A DNA stretch of 34,770 bases from a bacterium (GTDB lineage: Bacteria > Methylomirabilota > Methylomirabilia > CAVQYV01): the NCBI GenBank assembly GCA_043800755.1, contig JAZDMQ010000082.1, positions 1 through 34,770 on the forward strand, read 5' to 3'. This document shows, piece after piece, positions 7,717-19,733 of the stretch (position 1 is the first letter of the stretch; the number at the start of each line of letters is the position of its first letter). The position numbers were made by a program, and so were the translations under genes. The notes below the pieces were generated by a model that did not search any database, was not told where the DNA came from, and worked only from the letters and a program-made list of their open reading frames with translations.

Positions 7717-7945
7717 GCGATGAATTCGCATCAGGTCTTAGGCCAGGGATCCCCCTGGACAGAGGATTCAAACCGTGACCAAAACTTGACCGAAAATATC
7801 CGAAGAAACTGGAAAGGATAGGAAGATACCGGAAAGAATAGAACGAGGTATTGTCCTGAGAATAAAGGGGGATGTCTGTAATTGCAAGCAGTAGGCCGAT
7901 TAGACGAAAATCACCAATTTGACACTCTCAAGGCCCCATCGATCC

Positions 7946-9775
7946 CTATTCGACGGTCACACTTTTCGCCAGGTTTCGCGGCTGGTCCACATCGCAGCCT
8001 TTCCGCACCGCGATGTAATAGGCCAAGAGCTGAAGCGGAATGGTCAGCACCACCGGCGTAAGCAGGGGGACAGTGCAGGGAATGGTAAATAGATGATCGA
8101 CCTTCCTCCGGAGATCCTCGTCCCCTTCATTGCCGAAGGCAATGACGATGCCATCCCTGGTTTTTACCTCTTCGATATTCCCCAAGATCTTCTCGTAGAC
8201 TCCATCCCGGGGGGCCAGTACCACCACGGGCATCTCCTCGTCAATCAGGGCAATGGGGCCGTGTTTCATCTCTCCGGCAGGATAGCCCTCGGCGTGGATA
8301 TAAGAGATCTCCTTCAGCTTGAGCGCCCCCTCCAGGGCGACGGGATAGTTGATCCCCCTGCCCAGATAGAGGAAGTGATTCCTGGTGTAGAATTGATGGC
8401 TCAGTCTTTCCAGCTCCTCGCCCTCGCGCAGCAACGACTCCAAGAGCTGTGGCAGCTTGATCAGGTCGCCGAGCATGACCTTGGCTCGATCTTCGTCGAT
8501 GACCTTTCGCTGGCGGCCCAAGTAAAGGGCCAGCAGATAGAGAACCGCGAGCTGGGAGGTGAAGGCCTTGGTGGAAGCGACCCCGATCTCCGGGCCGGCA
8601 TGGGTGAAGATGGAACAATGGCTTTCGCGGGGGATGGAGGCGCCCACCACATTGCATATGGAGATGATCGAGGCCTTTGCCCGTTTGGCTTCCTTGAGGG
8701 AGGCTAAGGTGTCCATGGTCTCGCCCGATTGGCTAATTGCGACCACCAAACTCCCCTCATCGAGGATGGGATTTCGATAGCGGAACTCGGAGCCGTAATC
8801 CACCTCCACCGGGATACGAGAGCAGGCCTCAATCATGAATTTCCCCACCAGGGCCGCATGCCAGGAGGTGCCGCAGGCGACCAGGTGCACCTTCCTTGCC
8901 TTGCGGGTGAGCTCGGAGATGGTTTCCATCTCCTCGAAGAAGATCTCCCCCGTCTCCTGGGAGAAGCGCCCCCGGATGGTGTCCCGGAAGGATCGGGGCT
9001 GCTCGTAGATCTCCTTGAGCATATAGTGCTTGTACCCCCCTTTTTCCGCCATGACCGGATCCCAGAGGATCTTCTGCACGCTCGGGGAGACCTCCTCCCC
9101 ACTGAGGTTGGTGACGTTCACCCCTTCCTGGCTGAGCACGGCCATCTCCTCGTCCTCGAGGAACAGGACATTCCGGGTATGGCTGAGGACGGCAGGGATG
9201 TCGGAGGCCAGGAAAAACTCCCCCTCCCCCAACCCGACGATGAGAGGGCTGCCACAGCGGGCTCCCACGATGCGGCTCGGGTCTTTTCTCCAGAGCACCC
9301 CAATCGCATAAGCCCCTCTGATTTTTTGAAGGGCCATGCGGACCGCACTCTCCAGATCACCATCCAGGTAGCTCTCGATCAGGTGAGCGATCACCTCGGT
9401 ATCGGTCTCGGATTTGAAACGGTGTCCTTGGGCCTGGAGTTCTTTCTTGATGGGGAGGTAATTTTCGATGATCCCATTATGGACCACGACGATCTCTCCG
9501 CTGCAGTCGGTGTGGGGATGGGCATTCTCCTCGCTCGGTCGGCCGTGGGTGGCCCAACGGGTATGCCCGACCCCGATGTGTCCGTCGAGGTTCTTTCCCC
9601 AGAGTGCCTTTTCCAGTTCCTTGACCTTCCCCACGCACCGGTAGATCACCATCTTCCCGTCCTGGATCACCGCCACCCCGGCGGAATCGTATCCCCGATA
9701 CTCCATACGCTTTAACCCATCCAGAAGGATGGGAAGGACCTTCTGCTGTCCGATGTAGCCCACAATCCCACACAT
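7946..9775 (-). CDS. glmS: Glutamine-fructose-6-phosphate transaminase
   Basis: MCGIVG start, GHTRWATHG, AGPEIGVASTKAF, and C-terminal DQPRNLAKSVTVE. Confidence 0.99.
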   Translation of the reverse strand: MCGIVGYIGQQKVLPILLDGLKRMEYRGYDSAGVAVIQDGKMVIYRCVGKVKELEKALWGKNLDGHIGVGHTRWATHGRPSEENAHPHTDCSGEIVVVHNGIIENYLPIKKELQAQGHRFKSETDTEVIAHLIESYLDGDLESAVRMALQKIRGAYAIGVLWRKDPSRIVGARCGSPLIVGLGEGEFFLASDIPAVLSHTRNVLFLEDEEMAVLSQEGVNVTNLSGEEVSPSVQKILWDPVMAEKGGYKHYMLKEIYEQPRSFRDTIRGRFSQETGEIFFEEMETISELTRKARKVHLVACGTSWHAALVGKFMIEACSRIPVEVDYGSEFRYRNPILDEGSLVVAISQSGETMDTLASLKEAKRAKASIISICNVVGASIPRESHCSIFTHAGPEIGVASTKAFTSQLAVLYLLALYLGRQRKVIDEDRAKVMLGDLIKLPQLLESLLREGEELERLSHQFYTRNHFLYLGRGINYPVALEGALKLKEISYIHAEGYPAGEMKHGPIALIDEEMPVVVLAPRDGVYEKILGNIEEVKTRDGIVIAFGNEGDEDLRRKVDHLFTIPCTVPLLTPVVLTIPLQLLAYYIAVRKGCDVDQPRNLAKSVTVE

Positions 9776-9844
9776 AGTTTGCCTCCAAATCTGGCCTGTC
9801 CGGCTCTTGTGGCCATCAAGCCGGCCCAGCAGGTCCCTCGACTC

Positions 9845-11254
9845 TCATTGCCCTTGGGGCTTCGGCTTGGCCCTGGCCTTTCTTTTGTGCCATCCTTGGG
9901 CCCAGCCCTCCTTGTTCGTCTGGAGGGACCGCGCCACTGCCAGGGAGTGAGGGGGGACATCCTCGGTGATGACGGAGCCAGCGGCGATGATAGCCCCTTC
10001 GCCTACCTGGACTGGGGCAACAAACAGGCTGTTGGAGCCGGCAAAGACCCCATCCTCAATCCGGGTCCGGTGCTTTTCGTACCCGTCGTAGTTGCAGGTA
10101 ATGCTCCCCGCTCCGATATTCACCCGCTCCCCAATGGTTGCGTCCCCAATATAGGAAAGATGGGGGATCTTGGAGCCGTCCCCGATCTCTGATTTCTTGA
10201 TTTCCACGAAGTTCCCTATCCGTGCCCCTTTTCCGATTTGGCTCTGGGGCCGCAGGTGGGCGAAGGGGCCGACCTTCGATCCATCTGCCACCTCGCTCTG
10301 CAAGATGAGGCAGTGATCTAAAACGACCACCCCATCCCCGATCTTCGATCCCACAATGCGGCTCCCGGGATAGAGGATACAATCCTCGCCGATGACCGTC
10401 TCACCCTCGATATAGCTATTAGGATAAATGACTGTGTCGCGGCCGATCCGGGCCGGGATATCGATGAAGGTGCTCGCTGGATCGAGGATGGTCACCCCTC
10501 CTCTCATCAGCTCGGTTAGCTTTCCCCTCTTCAAGGCCAGCAGGGCCTGGGCCAAGTCCTCTCTTGAATTGATGCCCATGACCTTTTCCGAATCGGCGGT
10601 GTAGCAGATCTTTACCCTCCCCCCCTTTTTCTGCAAGAGGGGAAAGGCGTCCGGCAGATAATACTCCCCCTGCCGATTCGAGGATCCGACCTCTTCGAGG
10701 GCCTCGAAAAGGCTGGATGCGGCAAAGCAGTAGATCCCGGTATTCACCTCCTGGATGGATTGCTGTCGGGCATTGGCATCGGCCTCTTCCACGATGCGTC
10801 TCAGGCCGCCCTGCTTCTCCCTGATGACCCGGCCATACCCGGTCGGATCCTCCAGATGGGTGGTGAGGAGGGTGGCCGCCGCCCTGGCGGCCCGATGGGC
10901 AGCCAGCAGGCCGCGCAGGATCTCCTCCGCAATCAAGGGGACATCCCCGCAGATCACCAGGAGATCTCCGGAGAATCCCTTCAGGTGGGGCCTGACCTGC
11001 ATGAGGGCGTGTCCGGTCCCCCTTTGCTGCCTCTGCAAGACAAAGCAGGGGCTGCGGTGGGCCAGGGCTTCTTTCACCCGTTGGGCTTGATGGCCGATGA
11101 CCAGAAAGGTCTTGGTGAGCTCCATCCTCTGGCATACATCCAGCACATATTCCACCATCGGCTTACCCCAAAGGGAATGGAGCACCTTGGGATGCTTGGA
11201 CCGCATCCTCTTTCCCTCACCCGCCGCCAGAATGACCCCGTATGTCTCCCTCAT
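9845..11254 (-). CDS. glmU: Bifunctional UDP-GlcNAc pyrophosphorylase / GlcN-1-P acetyltransferase
   Basis: ILAAGEGKRMRS..PKVLH, GPFAHLRP, GNFVEIK, HLSYIGD, TCNYDG. Start moved to the ATG at 11254, which follows AGGAG. Confidence 0.97.
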   Translation of the reverse strand: MRETYGVILAAGEGKRMRSKHPKVLHSLWGKPMVEYVLDVCQRMELTKTFLVIGHQAQRVKEALAHRSPCFVLQRQQRGTGHALMQVRPHLKGFSGDLLVICGDVPLIAEEILRGLLAAHRAARAAATLLTTHLEDPTGYGRVIREKQGGLRRIVEEADANARQQSIQEVNTGIYCFAASSLFEALEEVGSSNRQGEYYLPDAFPLLQKKGGRVKICYTADSEKVMGINSREDLAQALLALKRGKLTELMRGGVTILDPASTFIDIPARIGRDTVIYPNSYIEGETVIGEDCILYPGSRIVGSKIGDGVVVLDHCLILQSEVADGSKVGPFAHLRPQSQIGKGARIGNFVEIKKSEIGDGSKIPHLSYIGDATIGERVNIGAGSITCNYDGYEKHRTRIEDGVFAGSNSLFVAPVQVGEGAIIAAGSVITEDVPPHSLAVARSLQTNKEGWAQGWHKRKARAKPKPQGQ

Positions 11255-11367
11255 ATTCTCTCCTGCGAAAAAATAACACATCCAGGCAGAAGTTGCCAAG
11301 GAAAATTGAGGAGGGCGGATGATCAGGCGTAGAGAAGAAAAAGGCCTTCTCTGGAGTGGTTGCGACC

Positions 11368-12699
11368 CTAAAGGACCTTCACCTGCAAGGTTCGCAGGGC
11401 CTCTGCCGCGGTGAAGATGGAGCCGGCGATCAGAATGAGATCTTCCGCCTGGGCCATGGACTTGGCCAGGGAAATGGCCTCTCCGATCTCCTCCTGCACG
11501 GTTACCCTCTCGAATCTCTTCCCCAGCTCCTCCTTTACCCAATGAGGATCTGCCGCCCTCTGGCTGGGGGGCTTGGTGAGGATAAGCTCGGTGGCTAGGG
11601 GGCCGAGCACCTCCAGCATCCTGCTCCAGTCCTTGTCCCTCAGCACCCCAAAGACCAGGTATAGCCGCCGATAGCGATCCAAGTCCAACAGCGCCCGGGA
11701 GAGGATCTGGGCGCCGGCCGGGTTGTGGGCAGAATCGATCAGGATGAATGGCCGACGGCTAACCAGTTGCATCCTTCCCGGCCAGTGGGCCTTGGCCAGG
11801 CCATGGGCGATGTCCTCTTCCTTGATGTGGAGACCTTGGCCCTTCAGGATCTCCGCTGCGGCTACCGCCGCGGCCGCATTCGCGGCCTGATGCCTGCCCA
11901 GCAACCCAATCTCCATCTGGGGGTAAAAGGCACCCCTCCCTTGGATAGAGATGCGCTGCCCCTCCCAGGTGGATCGGTGGATCTGCCAGGTGACCTCTTC
12001 CCCCAGGCGGCAGACCCTCGCTCCTCTCTCCGCAGCGGTGCGCTGGATCACCTCTGCGGCCTCGGGATGGGATGCCCCGGAGATGATCCATCCCCCCTCC
12101 TTGATGATCCCGGCCTTCTCCAGGGCGATCTGGGAAAGGCTTTTTCCCAGATATTCCTGATGGTCCAACTCCACATTGGTAATGACGGAGAGGAGGGGAG
12201 GGAGGATATTGGTGGCATCATACCTCCCCCCCATCCCCACCTCGACCACCGCCATCTCCACCTCCCTGGCGGCAAAGCAATCGAAGGCCAGGGCCGTGGT
12301 CACCTCGAAAAAGGTGGGATGGAAGGCAAGTCGGAGGGGAGGAGAAGAGTCCTGGTCCATCAGGGAGGAGATGAGAGAGCGGAGGCGAACTGTTCCCTCC
12401 ACGAGCTCATTTTCGGTGATAATGCCTCCGTTGAGGCGGATTCGTTCCCGAAAATCTAGGAGGTGGGGAGAGGTATAGAGGCCGACACGATAGCCGGATT
12501 CCCTCAGGATGGAGTCCAGGAAGGCGGCAGTGGATCCCTTTCCATTGGTCCCTCCGATCAGGACCGAGGGAAATCGGAGGTGAGGATTGCCGAGTGCACC
12601 CATCAGCGCCTCCATATTGGTGAGCCCCAATTTGACGCCAAATTTCTGCAGGGAGAATAGATAGGAGAGGCTCTGATGATATGCGGGATGGGAACTCAC
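11368..12699 (-). CDS. folC: Folylpolyglutamate synthase / dihydrofolate synthase
   Basis: [35 protein letters not shown]. Overlaps the accD stop. Confidence 0.97.
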   Translation of the reverse strand: MSSHPAYHQSLSYLFSLQKFGVKLGLTNMEALMGALGNPHLRFPSVLIGGTNGKGSTAAFLDSILRESGYRVGLYTSPHLLDFRERIRLNGGIITENELVEGTVRLRSLISSLMDQDSSPPLRLAFHPTFFEVTTALAFDCFAAREVEMAVVEVGMGGRYDATNILPPLLSVITNVELDHQEYLGKSLSQIALEKAGIIKEGGWIISGASHPEAAEVIQRTAAERGARVCRLGEEVTWQIHRSTWEGQRISIQGRGAFYPQMEIGLLGRHQAANAAAAVAAAEILKGQGLHIKEEDIAHGLAKAHWPGRMQLVSRRPFILIDSAHNPAGAQILSRALLDLDRYRRLYLVFGVLRDKDWSRMLEVLGPLATELILTKPPSQRAADPHWVKEELGKRFERVTVQEEIGEAISLAKSMAQAEDLILIAGSIFTAAEALRTLQVKVL

Positions 12700-13556
12700 G
12701 ACTCTTTTTTGGGCTGGGGGCGAAAGAAATCAAGAAGCTTGATGAGGAGATCGCGCACGCTCTTGCGGTCGACGATGAGATCGATCATGCCATGTTCCAA
12801 GAGGAATTCTGACCGCTGAAACCCGGGGGGGAGCTCCTGGCGAATCGTCTGTTCGATGACCCGGGGGCCGGCAAAGCCGATCAGGGCCTTGGGTTCGGCG
12901 ATGATGATATCCCCCAGCATGGCGAAGCTGGCGGTGACTCCCCCAGTGGTGGGATCCGTGAGGATGGAGATGAAGGGCTGCCCTGCCTTGCCCAGCTTGG
13001 CCAGGGCGGCAGAGGTCTTCGCCATTTGCATGAGGGAGAAAACTCCCTCCTGCATCCTTGCCCCCCCGGAGCAAGAGATGATGATCAGAGGAGACCGCTC
13101 CTTCACGGCCCGCTCGATGGCCCGGGTGATCTTCTCTCCCACCACCGAGGCCATGCTCCCCCCCAGGAAGGAGAATTCAAAAGCACAGATCGAGACGGGC
13201 AATCCCCCGATCTTGGCCATCCCGCAGAGGACCGCCTCATTCATCCCGGTGGCCTTCTTCGCTTCCCGCACCCTCTCCCGATAGGATTTCAGATCTCTGA
13301 AATTCAAGGGGTCAATGGGGTGGAGGCGCGCGTCATATTCTTTGAAGCTCCCCTCGTCGATGATCAGGGCGAGGCGCTCTTTGGCTCCAATGCGGAAGTG
13401 ATAATTGCATTTGGGGCAGACCTTGAGGTTGCGCTCCACCTCGAGCTTGTAAATGATCTCCTTGCAGTTGTCGCACTTGACCCAGAGGCCGTCCGGGACC
13501 TTGAGCTTGCTCTCCTTGATGGATACCGTCTCCGGTTTCTTCTTGAACCAGATCAT
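12696..13556 (-). CDS. accD: Acetyl-CoA carboxylase carboxyltransferase beta subunit
   Basis: Zinc ribbon LWVKC..C...[35 protein letters not shown]. Start taken at MIWFKK. Confidence 0.97.
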   Translation of the reverse strand: MIWFKKKPETVSIKESKLKVPDGLWVKCDNCKEIIYKLEVERNLKVCPKCNYHFRIGAKERLALIIDEGSFKEYDARLHPIDPLNFRDLKSYRERVREAKKATGMNEAVLCGMAKIGGLPVSICAFEFSFLGGSMASVVGEKITRAIERAVKERSPLIIISCSGGARMQEGVFSLMQMAKTSAALAKLGKAGQPFISILTDPTTGGVTASFAMLGDIIIAEPKALIGFAGPRVIEQTIRQELPPGFQRSEFLLEHGMIDLIVDRKSVRDLLIKLLDFFRPQPKKES

Positions 13557-13635
13557 TCCTCGTCCCCTCTCCAAGCCAGCCGTTGGGTCCATCTAATATA
13601 ATAGTCTCCTTGCCCTGTCAAGCCGGCAACGCAGG

Positions 13636-13664
13636 TTGCAAATAGGGGGGGCCCGTGGTAGCAT
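13636..13664 (+). promoter_or_regulatory. Putative sigma70 promoter for nitroreductase-lysE
   Basis: TTGCAA-N17-TAGCAT with a TG extension. Confidence 0.4.
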
Positions 13665-13704
13665 GGCCCCTGACTTCGAACTGAACTGGAGGAGGAAAGG
13701 CGAA

Positions 13705-14238
13705 ATGGAATCTAACGCTGTTCTGGAGGCTATTCTTAGGCGTCGCACCATCCGCCATTACACCTCGCGGGAGGTCGGAGAGGGGCCACTGCTCTCGATT
13801 TTAGAGGCGGGGAGGTGGGCCCCCTCCGGGAAGAATGGCCAACCCTGGCGCTTTATCGTGGTCAGAGAGGAAAAGACCAAGGAGGCCCTCTCCCGGCTCA
13901 CCCGCTATGGCTCCATTATCGCCCAGGCCTCGGTGGTCATTACCGTGTTCCTCGATGCTGGGGCCAGCTACGATCGAGCTAAGGATCTGCAGGCCATCGG
14001 TGCCTGTATGGAGAATATGCTCCTGGCCGGTCACTCCCTGGGCCTGGGGGCCTCCTGGCAGGGGGAGATCCTGAATCAGGCGGAGGAGGTAGAAAAGTTG
14101 CTCGGGGTCCCCGCCGCTTTTGAGTTAATGACGGTCCTCACCCTGGGATATCCGGCACGAACCGATCAGACCTCCTCCCGAAGGGAGCTCCAGGAGCTGG
14201 TCTGGCTCGATCGCTACGGCAATCCCTTATCAGAATAG
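13705..14238 (+). CDS. Nitroreductase family protein
   Basis: RRTIRHY, AGRWAPSGKNGQPWRF, ENMLLA.HSLGLG.SW, LGYP. Start at MESNAV. Confidence 0.92.
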   Translation: MESNAVLEAILRRRTIRHYTSREVGEGPLLSILEAGRWAPSGKNGQPWRFIVVREEKTKEALSRLTRYGSIIAQASVVITVFLDAGASYDRAKDLQAIGACMENMLLAGHSLGLGASWQGEILNQAEEVEKLLGVPAAFELMTVLTLGYPARTDQTSSRRELQELVWLDRYGNPLSE

Positions 14239-14245
14239 GGGAACC

Positions 14246-14887
14246 ATGGACAGCTTGGCGGGGATCTTCTTCACCTCCTTTCTGATCGGCCTCTCCGGGG
14301 CGCTGATGCCCGGCCCGGTGCTGACCGTGACCATCAGCCAGGTGGCGTCCCGGGGATTCTGGGCAGGGCCGCTGATCGTGCTGGGCCACGGGATCTTAGA
14401 GCTTTCCCTGGTAGCTGCGGTGGCCTTCGGCCTGGGCCGCTTCCTCACCCTGGGCCCGGTCATCGGCACCATCGCCATCGTGGGCGGGATCTTTCTCGTC
14501 TATCTGGGATACGATCTCTTGCGCAGCCTCAAGGGGCTCTCTTTATCCCTTCAGGCGAGGGCAGGGGGGCGCAAGATCGTGGATCATCCCGTAATGGCGG
14601 GCATCCTCACCAGCCTCTCCAATCCCTACTGGACGATCTGGTGGGCGACCATCGGGCTGGGCTATATCGCCCTCTCCCGCCAACTGGGCCGGATCGGCCT
14701 GGCCTCCTTCTTCACCGGACACATCCTGTCTGACCTGCTCTGGTACAGTTTTGTGGCGCTGGCCTTGACGCTGGGCCGAAAGGTGATCACTGACCGTCTC
14801 TACCGGGGGGTGGTCGGACTCTGCGGCCTTTTTTTAGTTGGATTCGGCCTTTATTTTGGCTACTCCGGCTTCAAGATGCTTCCCTGA
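14246..14887 (+). CDS. LysE-family translocator
   Basis: GLSGALMPGP, GH...E, SNPYW.IWWAT; multiple TM segments. Confidence 0.9.
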   Translation: MDSLAGIFFTSFLIGLSGALMPGPVLTVTISQVASRGFWAGPLIVLGHGILELSLVAAVAFGLGRFLTLGPVIGTIAIVGGIFLVYLGYDLLRSLKGLSLSLQARAGGRKIVDHPVMAGILTSLSNPYWTIWWATIGLGYIALSRQLGRIGLASFFTGHILSDLLWYSFVALALTLGRKVITDRLYRGVVGLCGLFLVGFGLYFGYSGFKMLP

Positions 14888-14948
14888 GGGATGCCCCGCC
14901 CCAAAAGAGATGAGCCTTCGGAGCAAATATTCAGAGCAAATTTTTGTC

Positions 14949-14977
14949 TTGACAAAGCGGGCACCGGCGAATAGATT
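14949..14977 (+). promoter_or_regulatory. Sigma70 promoter upstream of the tandem cyclase gene
   Basis: TTGACA-N17-TAGATT. Confidence 0.6.
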
Positions 14978-15150
14978 GTGGGTGCATTCCAAATCTTCCC
15001 ACCTTCATTTGTTGTCCCACCTTTAAAACCTGGAAAGGGGGGATGGCTATCGAGTAAAACCTCGCAGTGAACGGTTTGCCATCGAGATACGACCCCCTTG
15101 GGGGTCCTCAACGATGCGATGAATTTGGCGCTCAATTAGGGAGGAAACGC

Positions 15151-16890
15151 ATGCGTAAGAGCTTGATTTTTGCAATGGCTGCTATCCTCGTCCTGGCCTT
15201 CTCCGTCGCCAGCTTCGCCGCCTTCAACACCCCGGTGAAGAAGGGCGAGGTCGTGGACCTCTCCCTGACGATTTCCATGGACCTGCCCGGCTGGTGGCCT
15301 TTTGTGGTGGTTCCCTATGTAGTAGCTGACTATAACAAACATGATGGCTGGCGCGGGCCGTACTGGACCCGGACCCACATCATCGATTCCCACACTGCAA
15401 CCCACTATGATTCTCCCCAGCACTTCATCCCGCCTCCAGGCTTCGATAACGACACCTATACCCCCTTCGCCAAAGACATGTTGGCGCAGTACGAGGCCAA
15501 GTATGGGCCCCGGGCGACTACTCCGATCTGCAACGATAAGGTCCCCGTGACCCAGATGGTCGGCCCTCTGCGGGTGGTGGATGTGACCCATACCATGGGC
15601 AAGATTCCGAAATCCGAATGGCCCGCGGGACCCAACATCGAGGTGGCGGATATCCAGATGCACGAGGCCAAGTATGGCCCCATCAAGGCCGGGGATGTGG
15701 TCGCCTTCATGTCCAAGTGGGACAAGAAGTATGTGAAGTTCCCCGCGGGGAACGGCTACGCCTACGATGCCCTGGTCGGCAAGGCTGAAGGTTGGCCCAC
15801 CCCCAGCCCGGAGTGCGTGATCTACCTCTACGACAAGGGCGTGAGGATGCTGGCGACCGATGGGGCCAGCATGGGCGATGTGACCGGCAAGAAGGCCATC
15901 TTCACCCACTGGGCCGGCTTGGGCCGGGAGATGATCTATGTGGAGTGCGCCGCCAACCTGGACAAGGTCCCGGCCGATGGGAGCGCCTTCTTCTGCTTCC
16001 TGCCCCTGAAGACCGAGGGTGCCAGCGGTGACATCGGCCGCGCCATCGCCATCGTCGGCCCCCAGGCCAAGGCCCTCAACGCCTCCGCCCTGGCGGGCAA
16101 GGTCATCGACATGACCACCCTCTTGTCCCCCAATTGGCCCTGTGTGTGGCCGGGCCATTTCCCGCTCAACATCGTAGTAGAGAACATCTGGGGCCCCGGT
16201 GGTCCCTGGAAGTCCGAGTTCAAGACCCTGGATGAGCATCCGGGCACCCACTATGATGCCCCGACGCACTTCGTCCCGCCCCCAGGATTCAAGATCAGCC
16301 AGTACCAGGGCAAGGGAATGCAGGAGCGGGCAGCGAATTATGAGAAGAAGTGGGGTAAGCTCCCCCACAGCACCGTGACCAACGACAAGGTCCCCATCGA
16401 GCAATTCTGCGGTCCCATGAAGGTGGTGGATGTGGGGCTGATGGAAGGGACGGCCGGACCCGGCAAGCGACCGGCCATCGGTGCAGATGTAGTGAAGGCC
16501 TTCGAGGCCAAGTATGGACCGCTGCAGAAGGGCGATGTGGTGCTGCTGCGCACCGGGTATGACGACAAGTACTACCTGCCGTTCCCGGAGGGCAACCGCT
16601 GCGTGGCCGATGTCCTGGGCGGCAAGGCCGAGGGCTGGCCCTCTCCGTCTGCAGAGCTGGTTGATTACTTGTCGAAGAAGGGCGTGATGAACATGGTGGC
16701 CGACATCCCCTCCATGGGGGGTGAGGACTGGTATGAGGCCCATGTGTTGGGATTGGGCAGGGGGATGATCTATGTCGAGATGGTGATGAACACCGCCGAT
16801 CTCCCCAACACTGGCGGGTTCTTCATCTATCTGTCCCCCAAGACCATCGGATCGGGCCAGGCTGGCCGAGCCATCGCCATCCTGCCCTGA
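15151..16890 (+). CDS. Secreted tandem cyclase-family (kynurenine formamidase-like) metallohydrolase
   Basis: Signal peptide ending ASFA. Two HxxTHxDxPxH motifs (HTATHYDSPQH, HPGTHYDAPTH) in duplicated halves. ATG at 15151 follows GGGAGG. Confidence 0.88.
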   Translation: MRKSLIFAMAAILVLAFSVASFAAFNTPVKKGEVVDLSLTISMDLPGWWPFVVVPYVVADYNKHDGWRGPYWTRTHIIDSHTATHYDSPQHFIPPPGFDNDTYTPFAKDMLAQYEAKYGPRATTPICNDKVPVTQMVGPLRVVDVTHTMGKIPKSEWPAGPNIEVADIQMHEAKYGPIKAGDVVAFMSKWDKKYVKFPAGNGYAYDALVGKAEGWPTPSPECVIYLYDKGVRMLATDGASMGDVTGKKAIFTHWAGLGREMIYVECAANLDKVPADGSAFFCFLPLKTEGASGDIGRAIAIVGPQAKALNASALAGKVIDMTTLLSPNWPCVWPGHFPLNIVVENIWGPGGPWKSEFKTLDEHPGTHYDAPTHFVPPPGFKISQYQGKGMQERAANYEKKWGKLPHSTVTNDKVPIEQFCGPMKVVDVGLMEGTAGPGKRPAIGADVVKAFEAKYGPLQKGDVVLLRTGYDDKYYLPFPEGNRCVADVLGGKAEGWPSPSAELVDYLSKKGVMNMVADIPSMGGEDWYEAHVLGLGRGMIYVEMVMNTADLPNTGGFFIYLSPKTIGSGQAGRAIAILP

Positions 16891-16961
16891 ACGATCGGAA
16901 TGAGGTAGGGGCACCCTGAAGCTGGGGCAGCGTCTTTACCTTGATCAGTGAATGGGAAATG

Positions 16962-17000
16962 AAAGAGGCGGGGATGAGTCATCATCCCCGCCTCTTTTTT
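16962..17000. terminator. Intrinsic terminator between convergent genes
   Basis: AAAGAGGCGGGGATGA-GTCA-TCATCCCCGCCTCTTT followed by a T run. Confidence 0.85.
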
Positions 17001-17064
17001 ATCCTGATGAATGGAAGGGCCCGGTCAGCGCATTCCGACCGGGAGAATCGGCTCGATCAACGGC

Positions 17065-17523
17065 TCAGGCCTTACGATGCTCCTCCAGGGCCTCCCCCAC
17101 CCACTTTACCATCCCCTGCACGAACTTGCTGCAAAGGTTTTTGTGCAGGTTTGCTTCCTTGAACTTCTTCTGCCCCTCCGGGGTGCTCAGGTCGCACTGG
17201 GTGAGGTTGAAGCAGAGGACCGTGCCGAACTCCCGTTCGAATCTCTCGTAGAGCTCTCGGGCTAGAACATAGATCTGGTCGCGGGCGGCCGTATCCTTCG
17301 GGTCCATCCGCCCCATGGCCAGCCCCAGGGCCAGGATCCCCCCGGTCAGGGCCCCGCAGACCGATCCCTTGCGTCCGATCCCACCCCCAAAACCGGTGGC
17401 CACCTTGGGGACCACCTCTGCCCCGGGCAGCCCATAAAGCTCCTGACAGGACTTCAACACTGACTCGGCACAGTTGTAACCACTATCGTAGATCTGTTGG
17501 GTTCTCTCCTCTCGCTCGCTCAA
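17065..17523 (-). CDS. C_GCAxxG_C_C family putative redox protein
   Basis: GYNCAESV, GFGGG.G..G.VCGALTG, G...C, and a final C. Confidence 0.88.
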   Translation of the reverse strand: MSEREERTQQIYDSGYNCAESVLKSCQELYGLPGAEVVPKVATGFGGGIGRKGSVCGALTGGILALGLAMGRMDPKDTAARDQIYVLARELYERFEREFGTVLCFNLTQCDLSTPEGQKKFKEANLHKNLCSKFVQGMVKWVGEALEEHRKA

Positions 17524-17544
17524 CTTAATCGGCTCCTCCCATTA

Positions 17545-19599
<2,055 letters not shown>

Positions 19600-19685
19600 T
19601 CAAATGATCCCGCCGGCTTCATCCCCGGCCTATAGCCCGATAGACCATTATAGCGAAACATGGCCCGCCAAAAAAGAAAAATGTG

Positions 19686-19714
19686 TTGACAGGCGGAGTG
19701 CAGAAGCTTAAAAT
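19686..19714 (+). promoter_or_regulatory. Sigma70 promoter of the thi operon
   Basis: TTGACA-N17-TAAAAT immediately before the riboswitch. Confidence 0.75.
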
Positions 19715-19733
19715 AAAAAATAGAAGAAAGCAT

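Larger units (their letters stand above)
638..7935. mobile_element. Integrase-less genomic (defence) island
   Basis: 9-bp direct repeat CTCAAGGCC at 638-646 and 7927-7935; tRNA 3' half at the left end; tandem TGACC(A/G)AAA repeats near the right end; visibly more AT-rich cargo; all cargo genes on the - strand. Confidence 0.6.

Noticed and set aside
7880-7945. Tn7-like insertion at the attTn7 site downstream of glmS (- strand TGTCAAAT begins 21 bp after the stop)
   Set aside because: No tns genes and no repeated TnsB sites. The only similar opposite end (TGTCAGAT at 588) lies inside the PE coding sequence with a mismatched 5-bp flank. The tRNA-core direct repeat explains the boundary better.
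15136-16914. 592-aa antisense ORF, and many similar shadow ORFs over glmS, ligA, thiC and lon
   Set aside because: Mirror frames of high-GC genes with no motifs. The opposite strand encodes recognisable proteins.
17065-17523. Selenocysteine in the C_GCAxxG_C_C protein
   Set aside because: All conserved positions are Cys codons and there is no in-frame TGA.
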